A stretch of 62,901 bases of DNA, the filler included, from Octopus bimaculoides (Eukaryota), in the NCBI RefSeq assembly GCF_001194135.2. It is 4 parts of 4 records of this genome, joined end to end, with 100 filler letters (N's around TTAATTAATTAA, not from the genome) between each part and the next. Parts side by side here need not be neighbours in the genome. Positions count along the whole stretch, not along the records: positions 52,404 to 58,929 come from NW_026347440.1; positions 59,030 to 62,901 come from NC_068985.1; 2 more parts are not named here. The stretch is one strand, 5' to 3'. The notes beneath the pieces were generated by a model. The model saw only the letters and a program-made list of their open reading frames with translations, made no database searches and was not told where the DNA came from. The translations under genes and the position numbers were made by a program. Every line of letters starts with the position of its first letter. The stretch's first letter is position 1. Below are positions 52,404 to 62,901 of this stretch, piece after piece.

Positions 52404-55110
52404 GCAGCTGTCAAAATTTACCATATACCTTACTACAAATTTCATACTTGACAGCCTAATATATGAAAAATGGCTTAATCTGACACCGTTAATTCTACCC
52501 TGCAAACTCCAGATCAAAGCCACTATAGATGAACCTGAGGCACAAAGACGTCTCATGGAAAGAATGGCACTGAAAAAATGAAGATGGAAATAGAACTTCT
52601 AAATTTGAGGGCTCAGACGAATGAAGATAAATTAAAATCCATCGATGAAGTGATCAACCAAGAAACTAACAAAATGGGTGTAAATTTGGCCCATCCAAGA
52701 ACCCGCACCATAAATCACAACAACAGGGTACAACTACATAACAGCTACTGTCCCAATCACATCAATCATTTTTTAGACCCAGTACACAAACACAGGGATA
52801 CGAAACAGCACCAGACACAGGGAAAACCAAAAATGATAAAAGTCAACAATCTCGCAAAGAACTAACACCAAACCAAATCAGCATACTCTCCAAAAGGGCC
52901 AAATATACACNNNNNNNNNNNNNNNNNNNNNNNNNNNNNNNNNNNNNNNNNNNNNNNNNNNNNNNNNNNNNNNNNNNNNNNNNNNNNNNNNNNNNNNNNN
53001 NNNNNNNNNNNNNNNNNNNNNNNNNNNNNNNNNNNNNNNNNACAATGAAATGAAAGAAGACTTTACGGAATTCTGAAGAAAATTACAACTCACCAAGGAA
53101 CTGTACGACAAACACGAAGACGAATCGTTAGTCCAAAATAGAAGTAGCTACACACCATCAAAAGGTAAGAACAAAATTCTTGACCATTTCTGTAAGCACA
53201 TCATGGATTACCCATATCAACATATACACAAACAAAAACACAAGCCAAACTTCAGTAAAAAAGAATGGGCTGAACTGAACAGATTAAAGAACGATAAATC
53301 AATAACACTCAAAGAGGCTGATAAAGGGAGTGCAGTAGTCTTAATGGACACGGTATACTATATAATTCTAGTAATATCCATATTAGAAGACACAACATAT
53401 TATGAAAAAGTCCGACACTATAGTCAGCAGCAAATAATGGGAAACCTAAAAACTATGTTAAACCTATACAGAGACGGGCTCACCGACAAGGAATACGACT
53501 ATATGACTAACTTCAAAAGTAAATTCAGTCAATTCTACGGTATTCCTAAGATACACGGGAGTCACTGACATAATAATGAAGATACCTACTCCTAATGACC
53601 TCAAAATAAGACCTATAATAGCAGGTCCCGCATGCAAAACTCACTGCTTCAGTACCCTTTAAGGCACCCTCTTGAAACCATTCCTCAAGCATATCAAAAA
53701 CTACATAAGGGACAACCTAGATATGCTCAATCACCTCCCTGAAACAGTAAATAAAAACACCCTACTAGTATCCTTTGATGTAGCCAACCTCTATTCTAAT
53801 ATCTCCCACAGCCTAGGAATAGAGGCAATCCAGTTCTGGTAAGAGAATTATTCCAATGAACTCCCACACCACATCAAAAAAGAATTTGTAATAGAAGGGC
53901 TAAAACTCATCTTGGAAAATAGCTTCTTCGTCTTCAAAGATAACTTCTATCGACAATAATCGGGGACTGTGATGGGTACGAGAATGGCCCACTTCCTTTG
54001 CTAACCTAGTCATGGAATACCTAGAAATCAGTCTTTATCGTAAGGTACTAGAAAAATACAGCAACCCACTCTCCCTCTACATAGAAAATAACTGGAAGAG
54101 ACATCTAGATGACTGCTTCATTCTTTGGCATGAAAGTGTAGAGAGACTTAAAGAATTTCAAGCCCTTCTAAATGGACTTGACATAAACATTCAATTTATG
54201 ATGGAATATAGCCATCAACAACTTCCATTCCTCGACATACTCATTAAGAAATTCAAGAACAAAATAGAAACAAACTTATACTATAAGCCCACGGACTCCA
54301 AGCAATATCTACCATTCAACTCATTTCACTCCAGACACACTAGAATGAATATCCCCTTCAACTTGACAAAAAGGATTTGTACTATAGCATCTGATACAAG
54401 CACCAGGGACACACGACTACATGAACTAAAGGATACACTCATCAGCAGGAACTACCCACGACCACTAATTGATACGTCCACAAACTCAACGTCCACAAAC
54501 TCAGACATCCCAAACTAAAGAAGGATTTACAACCAAAAGCCCTACCATACTTATCCATACACAACCCCCTTAACAATGAAGGCTTCAACACCATCCTCCA
54601 GATCATTCCTCTACTAAAAAAGGACCATAGAATGAGTCAAATCCTCCAAATGCACATCATCATAAAGAGCAAAAGACAAGTCTAACAAAATCCCAAGTGC
54701 ACTCATCAACAACATTAAAACCATCAGTAAAAAAAATGCAGAAGACCTAACTGTGGTATATGTGTCAACGTTATTGAAGGATTGGAGTTCTTCAAACAGG
54801 GTCAACATTTCACAGTGAAAAACAGCTTCACATATGCTTCAGAAAACTTATATGTGCTAACTTACTCAGGGTGTCGAGAGCAATATATAGGCCAAACCAA
54901 AAACAGTCTACGCCAGAGGATGGCCCTACTTAGATCTCAGATTAAAATTCGAGAATACAGAAAAATAGCATTAAGCGAACACATCGACATTTGTGCCCAA
55001 CTTCAAAATTTTTCCCCTCTATAAATTCAGGAACAATGCAACCTATTGTCAGCACATTAGCAAAGAATCATATTTTATCGCAAAATATAAACCATTTCTG
55101 AATGCTTCCA
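52404..55110 (+). mobile_element. Penelope-like element 1 (RT plus C-terminal GIY-YIG endonuclease), decayed, near full length
   Basis: KEADKGSAVVLMD, FYGIPKIH, RPIIAGP, LVSFDVANLYSNI, WKRHLDDCFILW, LPFLDILI, YKPTDSKQYL, Cys linker CRRPNCGIC, YVLTYSGCREQYIGQT; frameshifts and stops. Confidence 0.92.
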
Positions 55111-55404
55111 CCACAGATGACACTACTACAAGGATCTTAGAATAATACCCATGCAAATATTAAAAACGATATATTCAGAACAGTCACTACCCATGAATTT
55201 ATTTAGAACGATTCCAATCACTAATGCTACAACTACAACAAGTCACATTTAGGTCACTTGAACATTGAAGCCCACGAACAGTCTACTACTGTCATACCAC
55301 TCCCGTTTTTTCTTCTTTCTCTTTGCCTACTTGTTCTTCTTCTCTTTCTTCTTCTTTGCCATCTCCTTCCTCGGCTGCTGCTGTTTAAACAATCAAAATC
55401 CAGA

Positions 55405-55626
55405 ACCAACATCCCTCATAACATGGCAGTCCTGGTTTAGGACTAATGTTGCTGTAATTTAGCCCCAGGAGACATTGTCTCCAGCTAGCTATACGACACG
55501 ATCTGTGTCCTTATATTTTCGAACAAGGGAATCTAGCACCCCCACTCAGCTCAAAACAATATCTGTGTATCGCGATTTATGGGTTATTTCACTTCATCAA
55601 CATAGAATAATTGTTCGGCTAGAGGT
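55405..55626 (-). mobile_element. HHR-bearing repeat unit, copy D
   Basis: Minus strand: acctctagcc, degenerate HHR (55605-55563) CTATG-TTGATGA-a-GTG aaataa CCC-ATAA-ATCGCGAT-A-CACAG, then GGAGAC aat GTCTCC and GTCCT..AGGAC hairpins. Confidence 0.7.
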
Positions 55627-56487
55627 GAATTTTTTATTAGGATAATTAATATTGTACACAGAGGAGACAAAACAAGAAAATACAAACAATTATTGTTATG
55701 AGTTCGTATGATACTTAGTTTTTAAAAAATATTGAATGATATATAATTAAATTTGACTTTTTTTGGATTAAACTTGATCGGCTGAAAAGCCCAGCGACTA
55801 TACCTTTTCCTTCTCCCATGAGGATTAAGCAGGGTCACTTACACCCACCTTTCTTACCACAGCCTTCCATCTTTTGTCAAACACACCTCGCGACAGTGGT
55901 CTCCTCTCCAGCCTTATCTTGCTCTTCAGATGATATCTGGAAAAAGTGAGCAATCCGTGGCTAGAGATGAAGGTTCCCGTCATGAGTCCTTGAAGTCTTG
56001 TCTTCCAAACACACTCTTTCAACACTTCCACTGTAAGGAGAAAACATACCTCATCTTCCTTCGAAAGTCCGGTGGGTGGCACAATCTTTATTATAGATTC
56101 AGCTTATAGCTGTACTCTGCCTAGATGTGACAACACGTGTTCAACGTAAACTATCAAGCCTGAAAGCTTCCGACAGTGTACAAAAGCGTGCAGGAAAGTT
56201 TCATCGTCCAGCCCACATCTTGGACATGTCGGTGCCTGGAAAACTTATCGCGAACAGATAAAGCGTTCCTGTAGCACTGCCAGGTCAGGGATTTTTGGTA
56301 ATTATCCAAATACCCCGGCCCGAAAGTCTTTTGGAACAGGTTGGTAAGTTGGTTCTCATCGAACTCCAGAGCCCCTCCTAGGATGTCATCGTTTTAAAAC
56401 GCTACCAGCCCTCTATACAAAACCGAGGTGGTATTCCCACTACCGGCCTTGCCCGTCTTGTGTTTCAGCATGAGTGCCTGTCGACAA
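55627..56487 (-). mobile_element. L1/Tx1-type LINE 3' fragment, same family as 40859-41672
   Basis: FGPGYLDNYQKSLTWQCYRNAL..PPTGLSKEDEVCFLLTVEVLKECVWKTRLQG..RWKAVVRKVG; same 3' junction aataaaaaattc/acctctagcc. Confidence 0.85.
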
Positions 56488-56499
56488 CGGAAATTATAT

Positions 56500-57210
56500 T
56501 GTTTAATATGATGGGCAGAAAGTAAATAACAATTTTTTACGGAAAATAAAGAATGGTATGGATTGAAGCGAAATTTGTCAGAGAACCAAAGAGCCAGTAT
56601 CGAAGGAACTAGAAAAAACCCGTTAATGACAGAAAAACACTAAACCGTTGCAAAAGTGAATAAGAATTTTTAGGGAAATTAACTAAGTGTACAGATTTAA
56701 GTGAAATTTTTGCAGTTACTTCTGTCAGTAAATTATGAATTTACTTTTATCAGTAATTTCGTCAACCCCCCACCCCAAAAAAAACACAAAACGTTGCAAA
56801 AGTAAAAAAGAAATTTGTAGGCAAATTTAACGAAGTGTGTGGATTGAAGCGAAATTTATGAAGTAACTTCTGTCAGTAAATTATGTATGAAATTACTTTC
56901 ATCAGTAATTGTGAACTTCTTTCTGTCAGTAATTTCTCGTTGTTGTTTGTAAATAGCGATTGAAAACTTACAGTGAAAACAATAACGTCTGAAAAATGAA
57001 AGTGAAAACAATAGAGTGAGTGAGATATATATAGAGCTAGCTAGTTAGACAATAAGATAGATGTAGATAGAGAGATAGATAAGATATAGACAGATAGATA
57101 CATAGCGATAAATAGTTATAGAGATAGAGATGGATAGAGAGATATAGATAGATACAGAGAGATAGAGATGCATAGAGATGGATAGAGAGATATAGATAGA
57201 GAGATATAAA
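56500..57210. repeat. Unclassified repeat with an internal ~145-bp tandem duplication and a (GA)/(GATA) tail
   Basis: aaa.cgttgcaaaagt..cttctgtcagtaaattatg..atcagtaatt at ~56642-56760 and ~56788-56910. Confidence 0.55.
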
Positions 57211-57299
57211 CGTCACTGAGGCTAGAAAACTGGAAGTAAATATTTTAAAAAATTTTCAAAGACATGAATCTAATATAAAAAGCAATATTTAAAGTTTTT

Positions 57300-58030
57300 T
57301 TTATGACCAATGGATGTAAACCTCTGAGATATCTACATGATATTACAAAGGAAATAAACAGCATGGAAGGCCTAGTTGTTCAATCGAATAAAACTGGTAA
57401 CCTCTATCACTTAAACACGGATTATTATCCAAAATTACTCAAGAAAAATATAAAAAATATATAAGTCTAGTGGTAAACATGCTATAAGAAAAGCTAATCT
57501 GGAAGCTAAGAAAATTATGAAAAAATATAACTTAGAAATGAAGACCGAACCTTTAAATCAAAAGCAACCCTGTTTTATTTTAAAGGACCACAAACCTAAC
57601 TTCTTCAATAACACAACTCTCTGTCTTATCTGTCCTTCCAGCTTAGCAAAAATATTCTTGATAAGTACATTCCTTCGTTAACGAAAAAACTTAAACTTGA
57701 TTTATACTCCAATTCATTCCAGGTTGTACACTGGTTCAACGCTATTGATAATAAATACCAAATTTATCCAGTTTGAGACTTATAGTTATTATTCCTCCAT
57801 TAACCCCATCATCCTTAATAAGGCCCTATGGTTCGTGCATAATAAATCTGGCCTCACCCGGGATGAAATTAATGACCATTATTTACATTATTTACATTTG
57901 ACGGATATTTGTCCTCATCTTGTTTGCTGTTAACACAACGTTTCAGCTGATATACCCTCCAGCCTTCATTAGGTGTCTTGGAGAAATTTCGAACCTAGGT
58001 TGGGTTTGAAATTCCTAAAGTATTTTTTAA

Positions 58031-58065
<35 letters not shown>

Positions 58066-58630
58066 TCACTGCCTGGAATCGAACTCGGAATCTTAGGGTT
58101 AGTAGCCCATGCTCTTAACCACTATGCCATATGCCCGTGGGCAGCTAGATCGTAAAGATCGACCTATAGCAATGGGGTCTAGTGACTCAGCTCAAACTTC
58201 AGGTCTGGTCGGTATTTATATTCTATCAAAAATGGCTGAACAATTCCTATATATCCTCGGTGGATTATATCGTGACGATTGTCTTCTTTACCACCAAAAT
58301 ATCTCTAATCAAAAATTACAAAATGTTAAAAATAATCTAGTTAAATTCTTTAATAATATGGGCCTAAGTATTATCTTTGATGATGATAGAACAAAGGTTA
58401 ATTTCCTTGACCTTACACTCAACTTAAATACAGCTTTGTATTTCCCATACCATAAAACTTCAACCAGTCTAAAATATACCAGCATTTTTAACAATCATCC
58501 TACTAATATAACAAAAACTGTGGTTAAAAACATATCGCTTAGACTCTCTAAATTATCTGCCAATGTAAACGTTTTCATTAATAACGCTGATTTTTATAAT
58601 TCGTCCTTATATAAGACAGAATGTAAGGAG
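57300..58630 (+). mobile_element. Penelope-like element 2, RT fragment of a different lineage, interrupted by a SINE
   Basis: SNKTGNLY, CFILKDHKPNF, FIQFETYSYYSSI, AMGSSDSAQTSGLVGIYIL, GLYRDDCL, VNFLDLTLNL, NNHP..ISLRLSKLS. Confidence 0.85.
57880..58143 (-). mobile_element. tRNA-headed SINE with an HHR motif in its 3' part
   Basis: Minus strand: TGGCATAGTGG A-box, GAGTTCGATTCC B-box, (AAT)n, then ACAC-CTAATGA-a-GGCTG..CAGCT-GAA-ACGT-T-GTGT (57976-57933), and a (tgtaaataa)2 tail. Confidence 0.8.
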
Positions 58631-58676
58631 TAAATTAAGTATTATAACACCCTTGATCCTCTCATAATCTGGTTTA

Positions 58677-58716
<40 letters not shown>

Positions 58717-58717
58717 G

Positions 58718-58766
<49 letters not shown>

Positions 58767-58803
58767 CAGCAGTAGTAGTTGTAATAATACGATACAATAA
58801 TGC

Positions 58804-58890
<87 letters not shown>
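58677..58890. repeat. Compound (TAC)n-(GGT)n-(TAG)n-(TAA)n microsatellite
   Basis: Direct reading; source of the poly-Tyr and poly-Leu ORFs. Confidence 0.95.
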
Positions 58891-58893
<3 letters not shown>

Positions 58894-59029
58894 GAACACC
58901 GGGGAAGTTTAACATGTGAGTACGATAAANNNNNNNNNNNNNNNNNNNNNNNNNNNNNNNNNNNNNNNNNNNNTTAATTAATTAANNNNNNNNNNNNNNN
59001 NNNNNNNNNNNNNNNNNNNNNNNNNNNNN

Positions 59030-59063
<34 letters not shown>

Positions 59064-60680
59064 ACACACACACACACACACAAAAACACATATATATTAA
59101 CATACAGAGGCACAGAGACATTTATACATACGTATCCAGTCAGGAATTTAGCCGTCTTTCTGTACATAGTCTCTTATACATCCATTCGTGCAGTCATTTC
59201 CTCTATATTTAAAGAAATGCACTATCAACACCATAACCACCACCACCTCTACCGAGACTACCACTACTACCACCAAGATTACTGCCACCACAAGCAGTAA
59301 CACTACTACCACCACCATCACACGTTATCGTTGAACACATTCCGCCAAGTTTTACATAGATACGGTGGTGCGAATCTCACATAGTAACCTCAGCCTATCC
59401 TAGATTCGTCAAAGATGAATCTGCTAGCCGGCATAGGTCATGCCCAAAATATCACTAGCTCTCTCACAAACCATAGCATTTTCAGTCAATAAAGTTCATC
59501 CCGTATCGATGATATGGAATCAAACATCTTTCTTTGACTGTTCTGTATCAATAGTAATCTGTCTTTGTTAAGCTTATCTTTCGTATTGCTGTCATACCTA
59601 CTCGTTTTATGTATCTAAATTTATACAAGCACTACATATATACATACATACATAATAAATTCATATATACAAACATTCATAGATACATACATACATACAT
59701 TCATACATACATACATAATCATATGTATGCATATATGTATGTATGAATGTATGAAAGGATGTATATACGTATATTTTTTCATGTGTGCATATTTGCATCC
59801 ATGCATATTTGGATGTATGTGTGTGTATGTTTGTACTTACCTTTATATACATATTTATATATGCTTACTTATCTATTTATCAGTCTGTCTATTTATCTAT
59901 CGATATATCTATAATTATGGATAGTTAGATAAAAAGATAGACTGACAAACAGACATATAAATAGATAGTGATACCTATATATATANNNNNNNNNNNNNNN
60001 NNNNNNNNNNNNNNNNNNNNNNNNNNNNNNNNNNNNNNNNNNNNNNNNNNNNNNNNNNNNNNNNNNNNNNNNNNNNNNNNNNNNNNNNNNNNNNNNNNNN
60101 NNNNNNNNNNNNNNNNNNNNNNNNNNNNNNNNNNNNNNNNNNNNNNNNNNNNNNNNNNNNNNNNNNNNNNNNNNNNNNNNNNNNNNNNNNNNNNNNNNNN
60201 NNNNNNNNNNNNNNNNNNNNNNNNNNNNNNNNNNNNNNNNNNNNNNNNNNNNNNNNNNNNNNNNNNNNNNNNNNNNNNNNNNNNNNNNNNNNNNNNNNNN
60301 NNNNNNNNNNNNNNNNNNNNNNNNNNNNNNNNNNNNNNNNNNNNNNNNNNNNNNNNNNNNNNNNNNNNNNNNNNNNNNNNNNNNNNNNNNNNNNNNNNNN
60401 NNNNNNNNNNNNNNNNNNNNNNNNNNNNNNNNNNNNNNNNNNNNNNNNNNNNNNNNNNNNNNNNNNNNNNNNNNNNNNNNNNNNNNNNNNNNNNNNNNNN
60501 NNNNNNNNNNNNNNNNNNNNNNNNNNNNNNNNNNNNNNNNNNNNNNNNNNNNNNNNNNNNNNNNNNNNNNNTATAAGAAATAATTGAGATTCATATGAAT
60601 TGGGTACTTAAGTTGAAGCACCAAGTCGGTACGGTATAATCCGCACAGCTCGAAGTAAATTTAATAAAATCAATATAAGC

Positions 60681-61789
60681 AACAGGATATCAAGAAGTGA
60701 TGCAGTACAGTCGTTTCAAGCAGCTCCATTTAGCTGAACAATGCAATCATTAGATTAATTCTTATTATTTTGTTTTCTTACTTTGATATCCTTACCTATT
60801 AATCTCTTATCCCTTATAAGTTGTTACTGTTCTTAAATAGAGATTTTTCAGCTACTTAAGTCTATGTGAAGTGGTTATACTATATCCATATAAAGGTATA
60901 GATATTTGTATATGTGTATATATGCATATATGTGCATAACCTCATATCCCTTATAAATTGTAAAATTTCGTGTTCGTAAATAGATGCCCTTTAGTTACTT
61001 AAGTCTATGGGAGATGGTTATACTATATCCATATAAACGTATAATATTTGCGTATGTGTGCATGTGTGCACATAGATAAATATGTGTATGTAACTGTACA
61101 CATCTTTATTTTTTCTCATTCTTGGCTTATAATTAATATATACATAGCATGTTTATCTTTCCCGTATTCCATAAGTAAATGCCCTGAGTAGGCTTTATAG
61201 AAACCACTTAATAAATAAATAATTAAGTACATAAATGAATATTAAACTGATGCTATGTAATCTTTCCTTTTTAATGTTGAAAATTCATATTTACGCACAG
61301 TTTACCTATTTTGGTTATGATATCATTTATGATGATTTAAATTTTATTTTTATATAACATAATAGTATTGGTTATAAATGATCACCCATAGTACTCCATG
61401 ATAACATTTCCTCTTTATTAACATCATAGGTTTTATTAGTCTTGCCCGTTTAACTGGTAATTAACATCATGATTTAGGGTCTTCCCTACCAAGCCTTCTT
61501 TTACAGAGAATTACTCAATACCTAATTTACTACTCCTAAAGTCTTGACAATATTTATGACCATACCTAGCCATTAGCTGTCAAATTTAATCCTTTATTCC
61601 AAACATACGCTAGTCCTCTAGTCTTAGATTTAGGAGTTGATAAAGAGACAAATAAATTTAAAATGAACCGCAATCGTTTACAAGCTATGACCCCAGTGGG
61701 TTTCAGGCTTTTCTTGGAATTGATTGCATTTTTCAATTAAATAGAGTCGCTTGAAACGGTCGTACTGCATCACTTCTTGATATCCTGTT
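60681..61789. mobile_element. Non-coding element with ~69-bp inverted repeats (non-autonomous DNA-transposon-like)
   Basis: aacaggatatcaagaagtgatgcagtac..aatgcaatca (60681-60749) versus the reverse complement of 61721-61789; internal ~80-bp direct repeat near 60845 and 60990. Confidence 0.7.
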
Positions 61790-61798
61790 ACTCTTTTT

Positions 61799-61840
<42 letters not shown>

Positions 61841-62067
61841 NNNNNNNNNNNNNNNNNNNNNNNNNNNNNNNNNNNNNNNNNNNNNNNNNNNNNNNNNNNN
61901 NNNNNNNNNNNNNNNNNNNNNNNNNNNNNNNNNNNNNNNNNNNNNNNNNNNNNNNNNNNNNNNNNNNNNNNNNNNNNNNNNNNNNNNNNNNNNNNNNNNN
62001 NNNNNNNNNNNNNNNNNNNNNNNNNNNNNTATATATAGGGAGGAATTTATATATATATAGTATAGGG

Positions 62068-62121
<54 letters not shown>

Positions 62122-62901
62122 TTATATATGTGTGTGTGTATGCATATGTATATTCTTCCCTACACACACGCACACACATATATATAGTAGACTAATTTGG
62201 TACCTTAAAGAATTTTTCCTTTAGAATGGAAAGTTTTATCTATAGTAACGGGAAATATTATCGTCCTCTTTGTACGGAAGAGGAATTTTTTATTCCTTTT
62301 TCCAAGCATAAACTAGTAAACAGATTTACGGAGAGCGTCTACAAATGTAAACACTGGAAAAATCATTTCTTCAGTTTTTTTTTCAAATATATCTACTCAT
62401 TATCTAATAATAATTTTCTCCAAATTATCTTTTCTTTATTCTTCTCCCCAGATATAACAGAATATGCTTCAACACACGAACTCCCATAAAGAATCGTGCA
62501 AACCATAAGCTTATTTATGCTTGTTGTATATATGCGTGTGTGTACGTGTGCGTGCATATGCATATAAATACGTCATATATTCTAGGACTTCCCATATATG
62601 AAAAAATGTCTATTTGGCTGACCATATTTCTTCTTGTCGGGCGTATTTTGAATGCATCTATCGAAACATATGTACAAGCTATGAAGATATATATGTCTTA
62701 ATAACATCCTGAGCCTTTGTCTCCTTTTTCACTTTTTCCTATTTTCTCCTAAATGCGACTTACTTATACCGGAATCAAACCACACACAAGTGTGATCATT
62801 GTTTCCTAAGGCATTTAAGCAACATTTAACTACCTTGTAATTATTCCCCTGGATCTTTCCTATAAACTGCACACTCATATATATATATATATATATATAT
62901 A

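Noticed and set aside
58060-58140. tRNA gene (also the heads of SINE families 1-3)
   Set aside because: A/B boxes are present but there is no complete cloverleaf or acceptor stem, and each continues into a SINE body.

Overview
62.9 kb of AT-rich, microsatellite- and repeat-dense animal DNA from a gapped draft assembly. An octopus/cephalopod origin is likely but is my inference from the SINE families and repeat landscape. I cannot identify any host protein-coding gene: most long ORFs in the track are microsatellite or N-gap artefacts, and the rest are decayed transposon ORFs. Supported content: dozens of tRNA-derived SINE copies (family numbers are my working labels), two L1/Tx1-type LINE 3' fragments, two different Penelope-like elements (PLEs), a Chapaev-like and a mariner transposase fossil, MITE-like elements, three 100-bp scaffold-join spacers, and one CpG-rich candidate promoter with an RFX X-box and an NF-Y box. 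The unexpected layer is nine type I hammerhead ribozyme (HHR)-like motifs, most degraded by CpG decay, spread over several unrelated repeat contexts. The best candidate for an undescribed system is a ~350-bp HHR-bearing, retrozyme-like repeat (4 copies, with a covarying multi-hairpin domain). Two copies carry the same Tx1-like LINE inserted at the same nucleotide just upstream of the ribozyme, one with a 15-17 bp target-site duplication (TSD). This suggests a LINE that targets a ribozyme element. Alignments and folds were done by eye; no searches were run.
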